Origin: Adineta vaga
Taxonomy: Eukaryota; Animalia; Rotifera
Assembly (NCBI GenBank): GCA_021613535.1
Contig: CP075494.1
Coordinates: forward strand, 3,844,001-3,908,000
Direction: 5' to 3'
DNA: 64,000 nucleotides
Below are positions 37,047 through 49,600 of this stretch, piece by piece. A model generated the notes under the pieces. It was not told where the DNA came from. It searched no databases and worked only from the letters and a program-made list of their open reading frames with translations. How positions within the stretch are numbered: the first letter of the stretch is position 1; each line of letters begins with the position of its first letter. Made by a program: the position numbers and the translations under genes.

Positions 37047-38138
37047 TTACAATAAAGTAGTCAAAAATGTTCCAGGAAGTGATACTTCTAAGAATTGAAG
37101 ATCATTTGATGTGTATGTAAAACGATATGGATGTTTTTCTGGTAGTACAAAGGTATCACCATCATTCAATTTTTCAATCATTTGTCCATCAATTTCAAGA
37201 GAAAGTTGACCAGTCAAAATAAATATAAAAACAAATTCAGCAGTATGTCTACATAGTTGAGATTGTACATGTCCTATAGTGCGGACAATTTTAACTGAAC
37301 CTAAATTTTGTGTTGCTCTAACAATTCCTGTATCTTGATATTCAAAACCAGGTAATCGCCATGATTGCCAATCGTTATTTTCTTGTATTCCATTAAATTT
37401 AATAAAACATTGTCCTTGAAAATCTCGATCAGGTCGTTCTATATCTGTTGGAAGTTGTAGTTGATGATCAATAAAAGTTTCATGTACAGCTGGACACGCA
37501 ACTTCGACTACTTCAAGACCTGGTGAACTTTCTAAAACACGATGCCGTATCAATGGTGGTTGTAAAACACATTGACCAGCATGAAGAATAAACGATGGAC
37601 CTTGATCTTCATAAACAAGATGTACCCAACCTTTATAAACATAAATTATTTGAAAACGTATTTGATGATAATGAACATGATCATTCACAGGTCCACCATC
37701 ATCGATTCGAATATGTGAAGCAATAAAACGGCCACCTTGACGATTTGGAATTAGATCACGATATTTCATTCCAGCACGTCCAATTATCCATTGAGAATCA
37801 TTGGTCATTCGGCTCAAAACAAAGGATTGATGAATTGGTGGAAGTGAAAGTTTTGATGACATTTTAATGAATTGAATTTGTGTTCCATTGGGAGCAACTA
37901 AATCATTATTGATTTCATTCGATTCTTCTTTTAATAATAATTGAAGAATCATAGGTGTTTGTTCATTATGTCGTTCTAATTTTATTCGAATTCCATAACC
38001 AGAAAGAACTACTTCGGATGGATCATCAGCTGGACGAATCATTTCAAGGCGAAATCCAAGTCGATCTTTGAAAAATTGAAGATTTTCATCCAATGATAAA
38101 CATCGAAGAACGATCTGAACTGATTGTATATTTTCCAT
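37047..38138 (-). CDS. Bacterial-type VOC/glyoxalase-like + double cupin protein, intronless
   Basis: N-terminal FFKDRLGFRLEMIRPADDP. Cupin motifs HVHYHQIRFQIIYVYKGWV and GQCVLQPPLIRHRV. Second cupin HTAEFVFIFILTG...GDTFVLP. Confidence 0.85.
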   Translation of the reverse strand: MENIQSVQIVLRCLSLDENLQFFKDRLGFRLEMIRPADDPSEVVLSGYGIRIKLERHNEQTPMILQLLLKEESNEINNDLVAPNGTQIQFIKMSSKLSLPPIHQSFVLSRMTNDSQWIIGRAGMKYRDLIPNRQGGRFIASHIRIDDGGPVNDHVHYHQIRFQIIYVYKGWVHLVYEDQGPSFILHAGQCVLQPPLIRHRVLESSPGLEVVEVACPAVHETFIDHQLQLPTDIERPDRDFQGQCFIKFNGIQENNDWQSWRLPGFEYQDTGIVRATQNLGSVKIVRTIGHVQSQLCRHTAEFVFIFILTGQLSLEIDGQMIEKLNDGDTFVLPEKHPYRFTYTSNDLQFLEVSLPGTFLTTLL

Positions 38139-38183
38139 TAAATATATCTAGAAAAAAAAAGCGAAAATTTTTTTATTTAAATT
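38139..38183 (-). promoter_or_regulatory. Intercistronic spacer: poly(A) signal + polypyrimidine tract + AG acceptor
   Basis: On the minus strand: TAA, then AATAAA (38177-38172), T9-CTAG (AG at 38149-38148), 9 nt, then ATG. Confidence 0.6.
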
Positions 38184-39017
38184 TTAAAAGGATGATGATT
38201 TCCAAATAATTGGAAAGCGTTGATGATCCATTGGAGCACCCGATGGTATTTCATCTCGTAAATCTGAAAAATCTGGCGATGTCATCCATGTTCTAGGTGC
38301 ATGCGTGACATCGTCACCTAGAAAACGAACAGAAAAAACGCGTCGTCGATTTTCATTGCCAATGGTTCCACGAGCACCGTGTAAAGTTAACATATGAAAT
38401 GCAACAACATCTCCTGGTTGAATATCCCATCCAATAATTGGATATGCATCACGATTTTCATCAATATTCGGAATTTCATCAAGAGTTCCTTCAGGAAACC
38501 ATTTTGCTTCCATATTCATAAATGTTCGTGGCATCAACCAACGAGAATGACGATGTGAACCAGGAATAAATTCCAGTGTTGATAAACGTGGCACTGGATC
38601 AACTGGAATCCAGAAACTACAAGTTTGCTGCCCATCAATATTATAATAGGGTTGATCTTGATGCCATGGTGTGATTTGTTGAGTATTTGCTTCTTTAACA
38701 AGTAAATGATCATGATAAAGACGACTAATCGAACTTTTCATTAATAAAGCAGCGACCTGTGCACATGGTGGTTGATAAATAAATTGTTTATAATATGGAT
38801 TTGTTTCCCATGTACAAAAATCCTCGACGAACTTTCCACTATCATCTTCACGACTTGCAATTTTAAATCGTGATGATGGATGAAGAAGATTCTCTTCAAT
38901 ACCTTGACGAATTAATTCAATTTCATCTTGATTTAATAATTGACGAATACATACTGCACCATTTTCTTCATATTCTTTAATAACTGATTCTGTTATCAAT
39001 GACTTCACTCTGTCCAT
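38184..39017 (-). CDS. Phytanoyl-CoA dioxygenase (PhyH) family Fe(II)/2-oxoglutarate dioxygenase, bacterial-type, intronless
   Basis: HDHLLVK, TPWHQD (HxD), WIPVDPV..LEFIPGSH, GDVVAFHMLTLHGA and RRRVFSVRF. Confidence 0.92.
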   Translation of the reverse strand: MDRVKSLITESVIKEYEENGAVCIRQLLNQDEIELIRQGIEENLLHPSSRFKIASREDDSGKFVEDFCTWETNPYYKQFIYQPPCAQVAALLMKSSISRLYHDHLLVKEANTQQITPWHQDQPYYNIDGQQTCSFWIPVDPVPRLSTLEFIPGSHRHSRWLMPRTFMNMEAKWFPEGTLDEIPNIDENRDAYPIIGWDIQPGDVVAFHMLTLHGARGTIGNENRRRVFSVRFLGDDVTHAPRTWMTSPDFSDLRDEIPSGAPMDHQRFPIIWKSSSF

Positions 39018-39319
39018 TTCTTTTCATATATTGAAATAATTTACTTTCATTCTCACTTCTTATCATACTATGTTATCAAAGCTCTTCAAACACATAATTT
39101 ATCTTTTTTGTTCTTCGTAAACGAAGATATGCTACTTGTCCGATTATAATACATTATTAAAATTCAATTTTTGTTTATAAAAGATATGATATGGCGGAAG
39201 CGATAAAAAGTTGATCGTTATGAAATAATCTTGAAGAAAAATAACCAATGTAGTATCATTCATATCTTTCTTTGTTTCTTTCATATCGAAAATGTCCATA
39301 ATATAGTCAATAGTGTAAT

Positions 39320-39660
39320 TGAACTACTTGCAGTAGAATTATGGCGAGAAATACTTGACTATTTCGATATGAATCATTTGGTGGCTTGAATAAACATATC
39401 GATGGAATTATTGATCAAGTACAACTGCATTTAAATTTTGATTATTTTATGAAGAACATTTTATCATCAGTCAATTTCACGAATGTTCGATCATTAAAAT
39501 TATAAAAACAAAACGAAAAGAAACATTTTTTCAATGTATCCTCTCAATTCATTCGTTCAACTTCGATTATTATCATTAGATTATATCAAATATTTATCGA
39601 TTGACTCTTTGTCTTTGACTGATTTGATTAAATTACTCCCTGCATTGCAATGTCATTGAT
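39320..39660 (+). pseudogene. F-box gene remnant
   Basis: Reads IELLAVELWREILDYFD, then GLNKHIDGII after a frameshift; resembles the N-terminus of 54597-56321. Confidence 0.55.
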
Positions 39661-40088
39661 TATCAGTTTTTTGGATTACTCTTCCTGAAGATTTTCGAAT
39701 TGATTTTTGTGACGTTTCGGTGGGCGATGCCCTCTTCGTCAGACTTTATTTTCGAAATTAGAGCGAGTTTTCACACACATATATATATCTTTTTTCTTTT
39801 TCTAGTATATTCTTTTCTTTTCTCATTTTTTCTATATAATAGCGGGTCGGAAGAAGATGATATCATATTAGTCACTTCAACCAGCTATCACCGTCTTGCC
39901 GACCCACTATCATATAGAAAGAATGGGAAAAGAAAAGAATATACTAGAAAAAGAAAAAAGATATATATATGTGTGTGAAAGCTCGTTCTAATTTCGAAAA
40001 TAAAGTCTGACGAAGGGGGCATCGCCCACCGAAACGTCACAAAAATCAATTCGAAAATCTTCAGAAAGAGTAATCCAAAAAACTGATA
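39661..40088. mobile_element. MITE/foldback element with ~200-bp arms and TA at both ends (Tc1/mariner-type target site)
   Basis: tatcagttttttggattactc... is the reverse complement of ...gagtaatccaaaaaactgata. Arms 39661-~39861 and ~39887-40088, loop ~25 nt. Confidence 0.9.
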
Positions 40089-40229
40089 TCCAATACATAC
40101 TAAAACATATTCCTCATGTAAAAGATTTGAATTTCTTTAATGTTATTTTTTTCGTTTTGCATCCTATATTTTCTGAACAAAAAACTAATACAACATCGAA
40201 AGTTTGTTAGTTTATATATGAATAAATTT

Positions 40230-41543
40230 TTATACACGATCATTGTAAATGTCTGCTACATACAAGTTGAATTGCTTATCGATAGTTAACGCACATGGGC
40301 TATTGAATAGGAACGAGCTGCTACCCACAACACCTGTGAAACCAGCAATTGTTGTACCATTCGAGGCATAAGGATGAAAAAGTTGTATACGTAGATTATT
40401 TTCATCTGCCACATATATATTGCCCAGTGAATCTAATTTCACATCTTTAGGACTATTGAGAAGTAACGACGTATTACCACTTATACCGTTGTCGCTACCA
40501 GCTATCAATGTCCAACTACTTGTACCTAAAACCCAACGAACAATATTGTGTGCATTACTATTGGCAATGAGAAGACTATTCGATGATGAGTCATAGAAGA
40601 GTCCTCTAGGACTGTTTAACTGTGTAGTATCCAAGCCATGTCTACTACCACCAGGAATAAGAGTGCCTGATAGAGCACCCACTAAATATTGCATTACACG
40701 TGCATTTCCCGAATCCCATACGTAAAGCGTACCCGTACTTGAATCAAGCGCTATACCCATTATTTGATTAAGTTGATCATTGGTCGATCCGCCTGTACCT
40801 GCAAATATGAACAGTGACACGTTTACAATACACATAAAAACAACTTTCTTTATTCATATTTGTTACCATTGCCTGAAATGCGTATGCCTGAAGATGAACC
40901 ATTACTCCAATAGACGATTCGATTATTCCAAGCATCTGCGACATAGACGCCTGCATTGGAATCAACAACAATTTGAAAAGGACCATACAAAGCTGATAAA
41001 TCATTGCCTGCCATACCATCTGATCGCCCTGCCACTGTGGTACCATTTGAAGCATTTCGCAACCATTTTTGAGCGCGATTATTAGCAAAATCACTAATGT
41101 AGATCGAATCTAATGGTCCCAATGCAACAGATATTGGCATATTGAGCTGTCCGGCAGCTACACCCACACCCACCCATGATTCCAGCCACTGTGATACCTG
41201 TTGTATTCCAACTGTATGAGAAGTTACTCACTACAATAAGTAATAAAATATTCATTAGGAATGTGAGTGCATAAAGTGAATGTTGAATTTTACTGACCTG
41301 CAGAAATTTTATTTGGAAAAGTAAGAACGCTTGATTGGTGCCGGAATAGGTGGCTGTAATGCAACTTGAATTGATAAAACATTCACAGGCACAATCAGCC
41401 CATGAACTGACATTGACTAGATCATATACGATCGAATTTGCATCACTTGAAACGAACTGAACATTAGGATAAAAGATGATTGCAACTCTTGCAGACGATA
41501 AATGATATATGACAAAGTAAAGCATGTTTTGTATCAACATCAT
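40230..41543 (-). pseudogene. PAN/Apple + NHL-repeat beta-propeller gene, disrupted
   Basis: CACECF...C..ATY Apple-like domain, WNTTGITVAG and NHL repeats (YISDFANNR, YVADENNLRIQ). Frameshift near 41175, and TAA in DRV*KF where Q is expected. Confidence 0.72.
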
Positions 41544-42223
41544 TTGGATAATTCAATTCTAGAAAATGTTTTTTTGCTTTAAGTAAAAAATATTATATCA
41601 TATTCTTCAACAAATAGAGAAATAAAATATGTTCTACTTATTATATATACACTTTGTATCTCGATGAATGTAGAAATCATAAAATAGATGTTATGTTTTA
41701 ATTAATTTCCTCTACATAAAGTACCCAAGATTCAAATGAATTTTTTGATAGTAGCTATTACGCCTTTTTATTTTTATTTTTCAGGTCAGTAAAACAACTC
41801 AAGCACTTATGAAATTAAATCTTTAATAAATAAACGGCAAACGGAAGAAACCGAATGATTGAGTATCATTCATAATGCTTTCTGTACTTGTTCTCATACA
41901 AAATCACAAATATTTCATTTTTATAACTTGGAAAAAATCAGGTGTATGTGAAAATGACTTGTTATACGCTGATAAGTGATATAATTGAAAATATCACACT
42001 GTCACACCTCATTTGGTTTGTTCTCTTACCTTTTTTAAGTAATTTGCATACAAGCAAGTTGGAAAATCTATCGACTCTTGTAAAAATGAATAATTTAAAC
42101 GGAAATTGGACATAAATGTCAGCACTGTTTATACTATATATAAACTATGCATAATAGAAATATTTTTTTATTCAAATGCTCCATTTCCGTTTGAAATAAA
42201 TCTTGTGTTTGGTAGAAGGTAAA

Positions 42224-43182
42224 ATGCTTTCTCACAATAATCAATTTCAAAATGATCATTCAACTGAACCCAAAAGAGTAGTTAGTCGTCTCATGCGACC
42301 ATTAGCGCTTCCGAAACAACATTTGGTAAACTCAGTAGATTTGCGTCAATGGATGTCACCAATTGAAAATCAAGGAGACATGTATACTTGGTGCGTATTT
42401 ACGGATTTTATTTGTTCTATAGTTATAAAATTATTTATTCGTTTTTATAGTGGTGCCCATGCATTTGCAGCTCTTTGTAATTATTTATTCAAACGATCGA
42501 TGAGTCGTGATATTGAAGTATCTCGTTTATTTATTCATTATAATGCTCAAATAATTGAACAACGTACATTTGGAGTTGAGGATATAGGAGTTCATCCACT
42601 AAACATTGCTTTAAGTTTAAGGAAATATGGCGTTTGTGAGGAAAAATATTGGCCATATGAAAAACATTTACTTAACAAAATGCCATCAGATCTAGCATAT
42701 GAACGAGCAAGTCGTTATACTGTTATTCCACTTCATATGACATTCGATATTAATTCTATTGAAACATGTTTACATAATCAATTACCAGTTATTATTAGTA
42801 TTAAATTACTTGACACTGCAGCACAAACTATGCAACATAATGGTGGTTATTTAGAAGTTCCTGACCTGGATAATACACTAATTGGAAAAACCGGTTTACA
42901 TGGTGCTATGGTTGTTGGATATGATAGAAAAAGACAATATTTTATTTGTAGAAATTCTTGGGGAAATCGTTGGGTAAGAGAAAATCAGAACATTCTCTGT
43001 TTTGATTTGACATTCATTCAATGAAATATATATTTTAGGGATATCGAGGTTATTTTTATATGCCATATGAATATTTAACTCATCCTTCTCTTATTGATGA
43101 TCGGAATGGTTTATGGTCGATTTTGAAAATAGTACGACGTACTAATACATTACCTACTGTTCGTCGATTTATTTTATCTTAA
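42224..43182 (+). CDS. Papain-family C1A cysteine peptidase, bacterial/xylellain-like; introns 42391-42450 and 42974-43038
   Basis: SVDLR..MSPIENQG. The catalytic Cys codon is split by intron 1 (TG|T). VSRLFIHYNA, GVCEEKYWPY, HGAMVVGYD, RNSWG..WGYRGYFYMPY. Confidence 0.88.
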
Positions 43183-44808
43183 ACTAAACCTCAAACAACA
43201 ATATTCTTTTTTAAGTTCATCGAACATAATCAAGATATTTTGCTTCGTTTTTAATCATTGACAATATACTCAAAGAATATTTTCACTTTTTCTTCATAAA
43301 ATAAAATAGGATGTAGGTGTAGATTGATAGACTGAAAAAACAAGCACTTGAGAAACTCGAATATTGCTTTGATCAATATGATGAAATACAAAGTTCTAAA
43401 TCATAATAAACCTCGTATTCAGTCTTCTAAAACGTCATGTTGTACAGTTTAACCTACAATAGAATAGATAGAGCGTTAATCTCATCGAAAATTATATTTC
43501 CAATGAGAATATGACATAGAGATGAAAAAACCTTACTTATCTGGTATTGACATTTTTTTTCTTAATTACGCCGACGAAATATTCGTATTCAAATGTCATG
43601 CATATAGTATTACACACACTCTGCTGAATTCTACAATATATTGGTACACATTTTAATATTTCTGATAATAAATGTCAGAAACGAACTGCAGTATCGTTTG
43701 GCATTTTCTTTCTCAATACCCAATGAGCACTGTTTTTCTATTATAATTTTCGAAAAATCAAAGATCTTATCTATCATTATATTTTTGATGAAAAAACTTA
43801 TTCATCTTTTATTACGAACCAGGATTTTATCTCAGATAGTTTTGCCTTGAATTGAGCTGGAAAAATACTTGACACACTATGCATTTTTTTGATGTCATAT
43901 ATCATTATATACAGTCTAATAAATTCTTCACAGCTCAGACTACGGATGATGTAAATAGAAATTGAAAAACAGCCATCAGAATGAGCAGCTTGAAAGGGAA
44001 AAAAATATTATTCTACTTGGAAACAGCGAGATTTTTTAAAAAGAGCGTGACGTTCTTTATTTTCTTTTTGAAGCACAATTCGAAAAATTATAATTTATCA
44101 TCTATTCAAAGATGACTTTTTAGTCGATAATTCAACGGAATTGATAGTAGTGTGTGAGAGTATTCTATCAAGTATCACCTCACTCATCCTCGAGCAATTC
44201 TAATTGGATGATGATTCGTTATAAAAATGAAACTACTTTATCTGACATGTTTTTCCTTCGTATAGATTCATTGAATCATGAGTAAATCATCAACCATCTT
44301 TTTATTTATTCTATTCAATTAAAAGAGCAAAAATACCTTGCTTCACGTCTGAAATCATATTAATATTTCATGGCATCATTATATTTCACCGACAGCAATG
44401 TTAAATCTCATTAGAATTGTTAAGCTTCAAATAATTCTTTATTCTTTTCAATTTCCATTCTAGGATGTTCGATAAAACTAGTAAGACATGAAAGGTAATC
44501 TAATTAGTATAACTTCTATGTTATTTCAATAAAGATTATCAAAAAAGACTAAAACAGATCGAATAATGATGGTTACTCGAAAGACACAAGTAATGCAGTT
44601 TATCAAATGACGAAAAACAGTTCTAGAGAGTTCTAATTTCTTTTAAAGTAAATTAGTGAACGCAATCTCTTTGTATCTGTGACGGTAATTTATGTGATTA
44701 CTTTATTATCAGTGGCACGGTTCAATTATGAAACTAAGAACGAGAAATATTTTTTAGATTATGTAAAAAAAGCTTGTCCCATATCAATCTTCTGTATTTA
44801 TTCGAAAT

Positions 44809-45954
44809 ATGTCATCATCTAACATAAGTTCGGTGGATATTATTAATCAAATTAAATGGCAATTGGTTGTATTTGTTCGATGTTGGACTACCATTCTTTT
44901 TACTTTTGGTTTAGTAGGTCATCTATTGAATATCTATGTATTTACACGTCCTACACTCTATTCGAATTCATGTGGCCGTTACTTTCTGGCAGCAACAATA
45001 AGCGGTATGTTGGTTGTACTTGAATATCTTTCAGTTCGTGCTCTTCAATTGGGCTACAATATTGATCTAATGAGTACGTCAATAGTCGCATGCAAATTTT
45101 TCTCATACAGTTTTATTCCTATAAGGTAAATTAATTTAATATGATACATCTTTGATACCATATATTCAATCTTTATATCTTCAGAACTTTACCTTCGTGG
45201 TTCATTGCTTTGGCATGTATTGATAGGTATATATATTCATTTTCTTATGTTTTACTGTCGATTTTGAGAGATGTAAACATCTGTCATATTCATCATGAAA
45301 TGTTTCTTTAGATATTTGAGCAGTTCAGTTTCTGTAAACTTACGTCGATGGTGTACTACTCGTATTGCTACTCGTCTCATATGGATTACAATATTATTTA
45401 TTGCTCTTATATTCAGTCATATGTTTGTGTTTTACACAGTTACACAATCAGAAGGATCCTGTGAAGCTAGTTCAACTACTTATGTGTTATTTTACGGCTT
45501 ATTGAATCTAATAATATGGACTGTTATTCCAATTAGTTGTATGATTATTTTCACTTTACTTACAATCCGAAATGTTCATCAAGGAAGAAACAGAATAGGG
45601 ATGGATGGTATCCAAAATGATCGACAACATGGTCAACTCAAAAAAGAACGACAACTCATTCGCATGACAATTGGACAAGCACTTTTACTTGGTTTACCGT
45701 CAGCGATCAACTCAATAACACATCTCTATATTGCCCCTGCAGGTGTTATAATGGCGAAAGATGATATCGAAAGAGCAATCATTATCAATGCCTATCATAT
45801 CATCGGTTTTATTTCTCTTTTCGGTCCAAGTATGAGTTTTTATCTATTTACGTTATCAAGTCAATTATTTCGTAAACAGTTAATATTATTATTTCAACAT
45901 AGACGGCTAGGACAGGTTCAATCACAATTGAATAGATCTAAACAAAATCATTAG
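44809..45954 (+). CDS. Orphan class A GPCR, three exons (44809-45125, 45185-45226, 45311-45954)
   Basis: GHLLNIYVF, ACKF, ACIDR|Y and FYLFTLSSQLFRKQL; GT-AG introns keep frame. Confidence 0.85.
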
Positions 45955-46604
45955 AAACTTCATTGTACATGTTGTACTGAGTGAAAAAAATCTCTATTGT
46001 CTCAAATAATCACATACACTTATCTTTTATGTCCATACAATTATAGTTGCTGTTGTTCTATTTCGTAATACTATTATCTTCTATTTATTATTCAATAATA
46101 ATTTCATTGTAATTTTCTTTGCCATTTATCCACATCATGATTGTATCATAGATACTGACATCATTGTTTATAGACTATTTAATGTACAATGTAGAATATA
46201 TTTTCTCTTTCGTTTAAAACAGTTTTCATCTGATTTAAGTGACTACTCGCAATCTTAATTAGAATTTCTTTCCAAAAAAAAAGTAATTCTGTTTTTCAAA
46301 CACAATAACTTTGAAAAGAGCGCAACATATATAGATAGGTGACTAGATTTTGATAAGAGATAAATACAACAAACATCACATCCAAATGGTTTGGATCAAT
46401 CATCAAACAATGCTAGAATATTCGAGCTGAAGCATCATAAAAGAAACACACCAGTCTAGATGTGAGCTGTAAGAACAAAAGATCATATGAAGTCGAACAG
46501 AAATGTTTTATTGGAATATGTCACTCATTAATATTTTGATTATTTCTTTTATCGAAGCAAAGTACAACATTAAAAGCAAAATATCGATAATAACAAAATC
46601 TTAC

Positions 46605-49600
46605 TCAAAATTCATTTACTGTTTGAACTCTACCATGACGAATAGTGAACCACTGGCATATTTTCCAATAAATACTTAAAACATGCCAGACAAACAACTG
46701 TAAACCAACAGTTAATCCACCATATAAACCAAGAAATGTTGTTAATATGTAAAGAAAACTATTTCTCTCTTCATAACTATAATGACATGTTAATGGTGCA
46801 CAATATGTGAAATAATTTGAATAATTACTAAAACTTTGCCATGTTTCAATGAATAATTCATCAATCAATGTACCAATTAAAACCGATGATATCGGATCGA
46901 ATCGAGTGTTTGTTGATATATTAAGAGCATCTGGCATCTTAGAACTACTAATAAAATTAGCTAGCTGATTTAAGCAAGTTGAACTATAAAAACATTCAAG
47001 TGTCGATAAACGAAGACCAAAAATCGGTAAACATCCAAAAACTATACCTATACAAAAATAGTCATTTTCTAAAACTATCTGAACTGATGGTATGAATCAA
47101 TTCATACATTTCGCTCAAGACATTTTACCTGGTAATTGTATCACGGTATCAAAACTAGTTAATAGAGATCTTGAACATGTTGATGATGTAAGACATGAAC
47201 ATGATTGACCACTTTCATTGTACCACGCGGGATTTGTTCTTACAATATAATCATTTCGTTCATTAGATGTAAAATAAAGCCAGTTCAATCGAAATCTATG
47301 TGATAATTGATTCCCATGAAATGTATCTATGATAAATTGATGTATCCAACGAAAATTAACGGGTATTTGATCAATTAAGTTCTCAATAAGTGAATCCATT
47401 TGAGTTTGAAACGAATAACGTGTAATTGTTTCAATACTAATAAAGTTTTGTGTATAAAATATTTCAATCTTTTGCTCAACTGCATCTTTTGCAAGAGAAC
47501 ACAATGCAGATAAAAGACGAATATGAGCAGTTAAGATCTTTCTATCAGCATTGTGTATATACTCGGACGGCGATTGTATACCCCAGAGTAATTTAATAAA
47601 ATCAAATGAAATAAAGCCACTCGAACATATTTGATGATATGCAGATGGTTGAACAAAAATAAATTGTGAATATGGAATTGCAATTTGTGAACATGGACAA
47701 GTGATTGTTGAAGGATATTGATTTTGTAATTGTTCATATGTTGAAATGTTTGGAAATGATACTGTTATGAAATAGGTTTGTGATGTAAAAGCAACAAAAA
47801 ATGAGATTATAAGGATTGAAATGATAAATAAAACAATGTAAGTACGAGTGGCAATATGCTGATGTTGAATTAAGATGATGTCATCAATTGTTGGAATATT
47901 TTCTACAGTTGAATTTCTCTGTTTCTTTCGATATACATTCATTTTTAGAATAGATTCTCGAATTTGGCTGATGAAAACTGATGATTTAAAGTTATTCCCT
48001 AAAAAGATGAACTATAAAGCATAATATTGAAAGTAACTTCTTCATACGTCTTTCATTTTGTTCTTGTGATCCACAAAAACGATGATATATTCGTCGAAGA
48101 AGTTTCACAATAAGAGGAACTAATATTCGAAGTGCAACAGATAAACCACCAACTATGCCAAGTGTTGTGGATATGATATAAGCTTTGTTAAAGCGTTCTT
48201 CATAACTATAAGTACAGTTTTTAGGTGCACATTCTTTATAAAATGAACTAAAACTAATCGTATGTGTCCAATCTTCAATAAATAATTGTCTCACAATGTC
48301 ATCCATTGTTGTGTTCGGTGGGAAACGACTCTTGACTGTTGGATCAAGCAAAGTAACATTAGCTACACGTGGATTTATTGAAATATCAAGGAGTCCCAAT
48401 GGATAACCATCTAATAGCATTTGAAAACATGAAGCATTATATATACATTCTAGTGTTGATAAAAGAAAAGAGTCAACACTAAGACAACTCACAACAAAAC
48501 CAGGTATAGGTTTATCTTGTACGGTCGAATTTCCATAACAGTAGGGCCCATTACAATAGAATGCTACAGAACGTGTGCATGTACTATTGATGCCACATGA
48601 ACAACCATTGTCATAATTGTTTCTTAGTATAACATATGCTGGTACGTCATCAGCGTCAGATAACGTTTGAAAACCAGTATTACCATTTCCATAAGTAACT
48701 AACTGATTAAGTTGAACTGAAGTTTGAATAAGTCCAAATAGAACAAGAAAAGAAGCAACAGTCTAAAATCAAATATGAATGCAGATAATTGCTTTATTAA
48801 ATGCTCACATCTACTCTCATGATTACCTGTTGTTCAAATTGTTGAATAACTGAAGATATTTGAATTTCAAATTTATCATTTGGTAGTACTTGTGCAATAA
48901 TAAATTGTGTCTTATTAAATACAGCAAGCTCATTAGTTACTGTTGTGTTAGCCATTATACATAACGTCTGAAGAATATAAAAGAATGTCATACCTGAAAT
49001 GCGAAAATCATAAGTTGTGTAAAAACCACCGTGGCTAACAGTCGAAGGATAAAGAAACCATGCATCATCTTTTACGAAATCACTTGAACACACTTGATGA
49101 AAACGTGCACTTATATCAATCATTGATGAATATTCTATGGAAATTTGAGTGCATGAGCAAACGAGTGTCGAAGGATAGTTCTTATATAATTGTTCATAAT
49201 CATCTATGGACGGATCTCGTACAATAACAGTTTGTATACGAGTTGATATTGAAGTGTAAAAAATCAGGACAAATATTCCCATACTAAATAATAAGATATA
49301 AACACGTGTTGAACAAAGTCCATCTTTGATCTGAGATTCAAATGGAAACATATTATAGGTCATTATTTGTTGTTGAACTTGTCGTAAAATTTGTAGGCAA
49401 CGATTTTTAAAACCTTAAATAATAATTTATTGAAAGAAAAGAACAAAAGAAAAATAATTTACTTTGATTTTGATTCAATTGAATATCTATTGATACATTA
49501 TTTCGTTCTCGTCGTCGATGTTTTATGTGTTGAATTCTGCGTATAAATTTGACAATATATGGAACAGATATGTATAAAACCATCTTCAAACCACCAAAAA

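Noticed and set aside
39700-39978. 92-aa ORF
   Set aside because: Lies wholly inside the palindromic MITE and has low-complexity translation.
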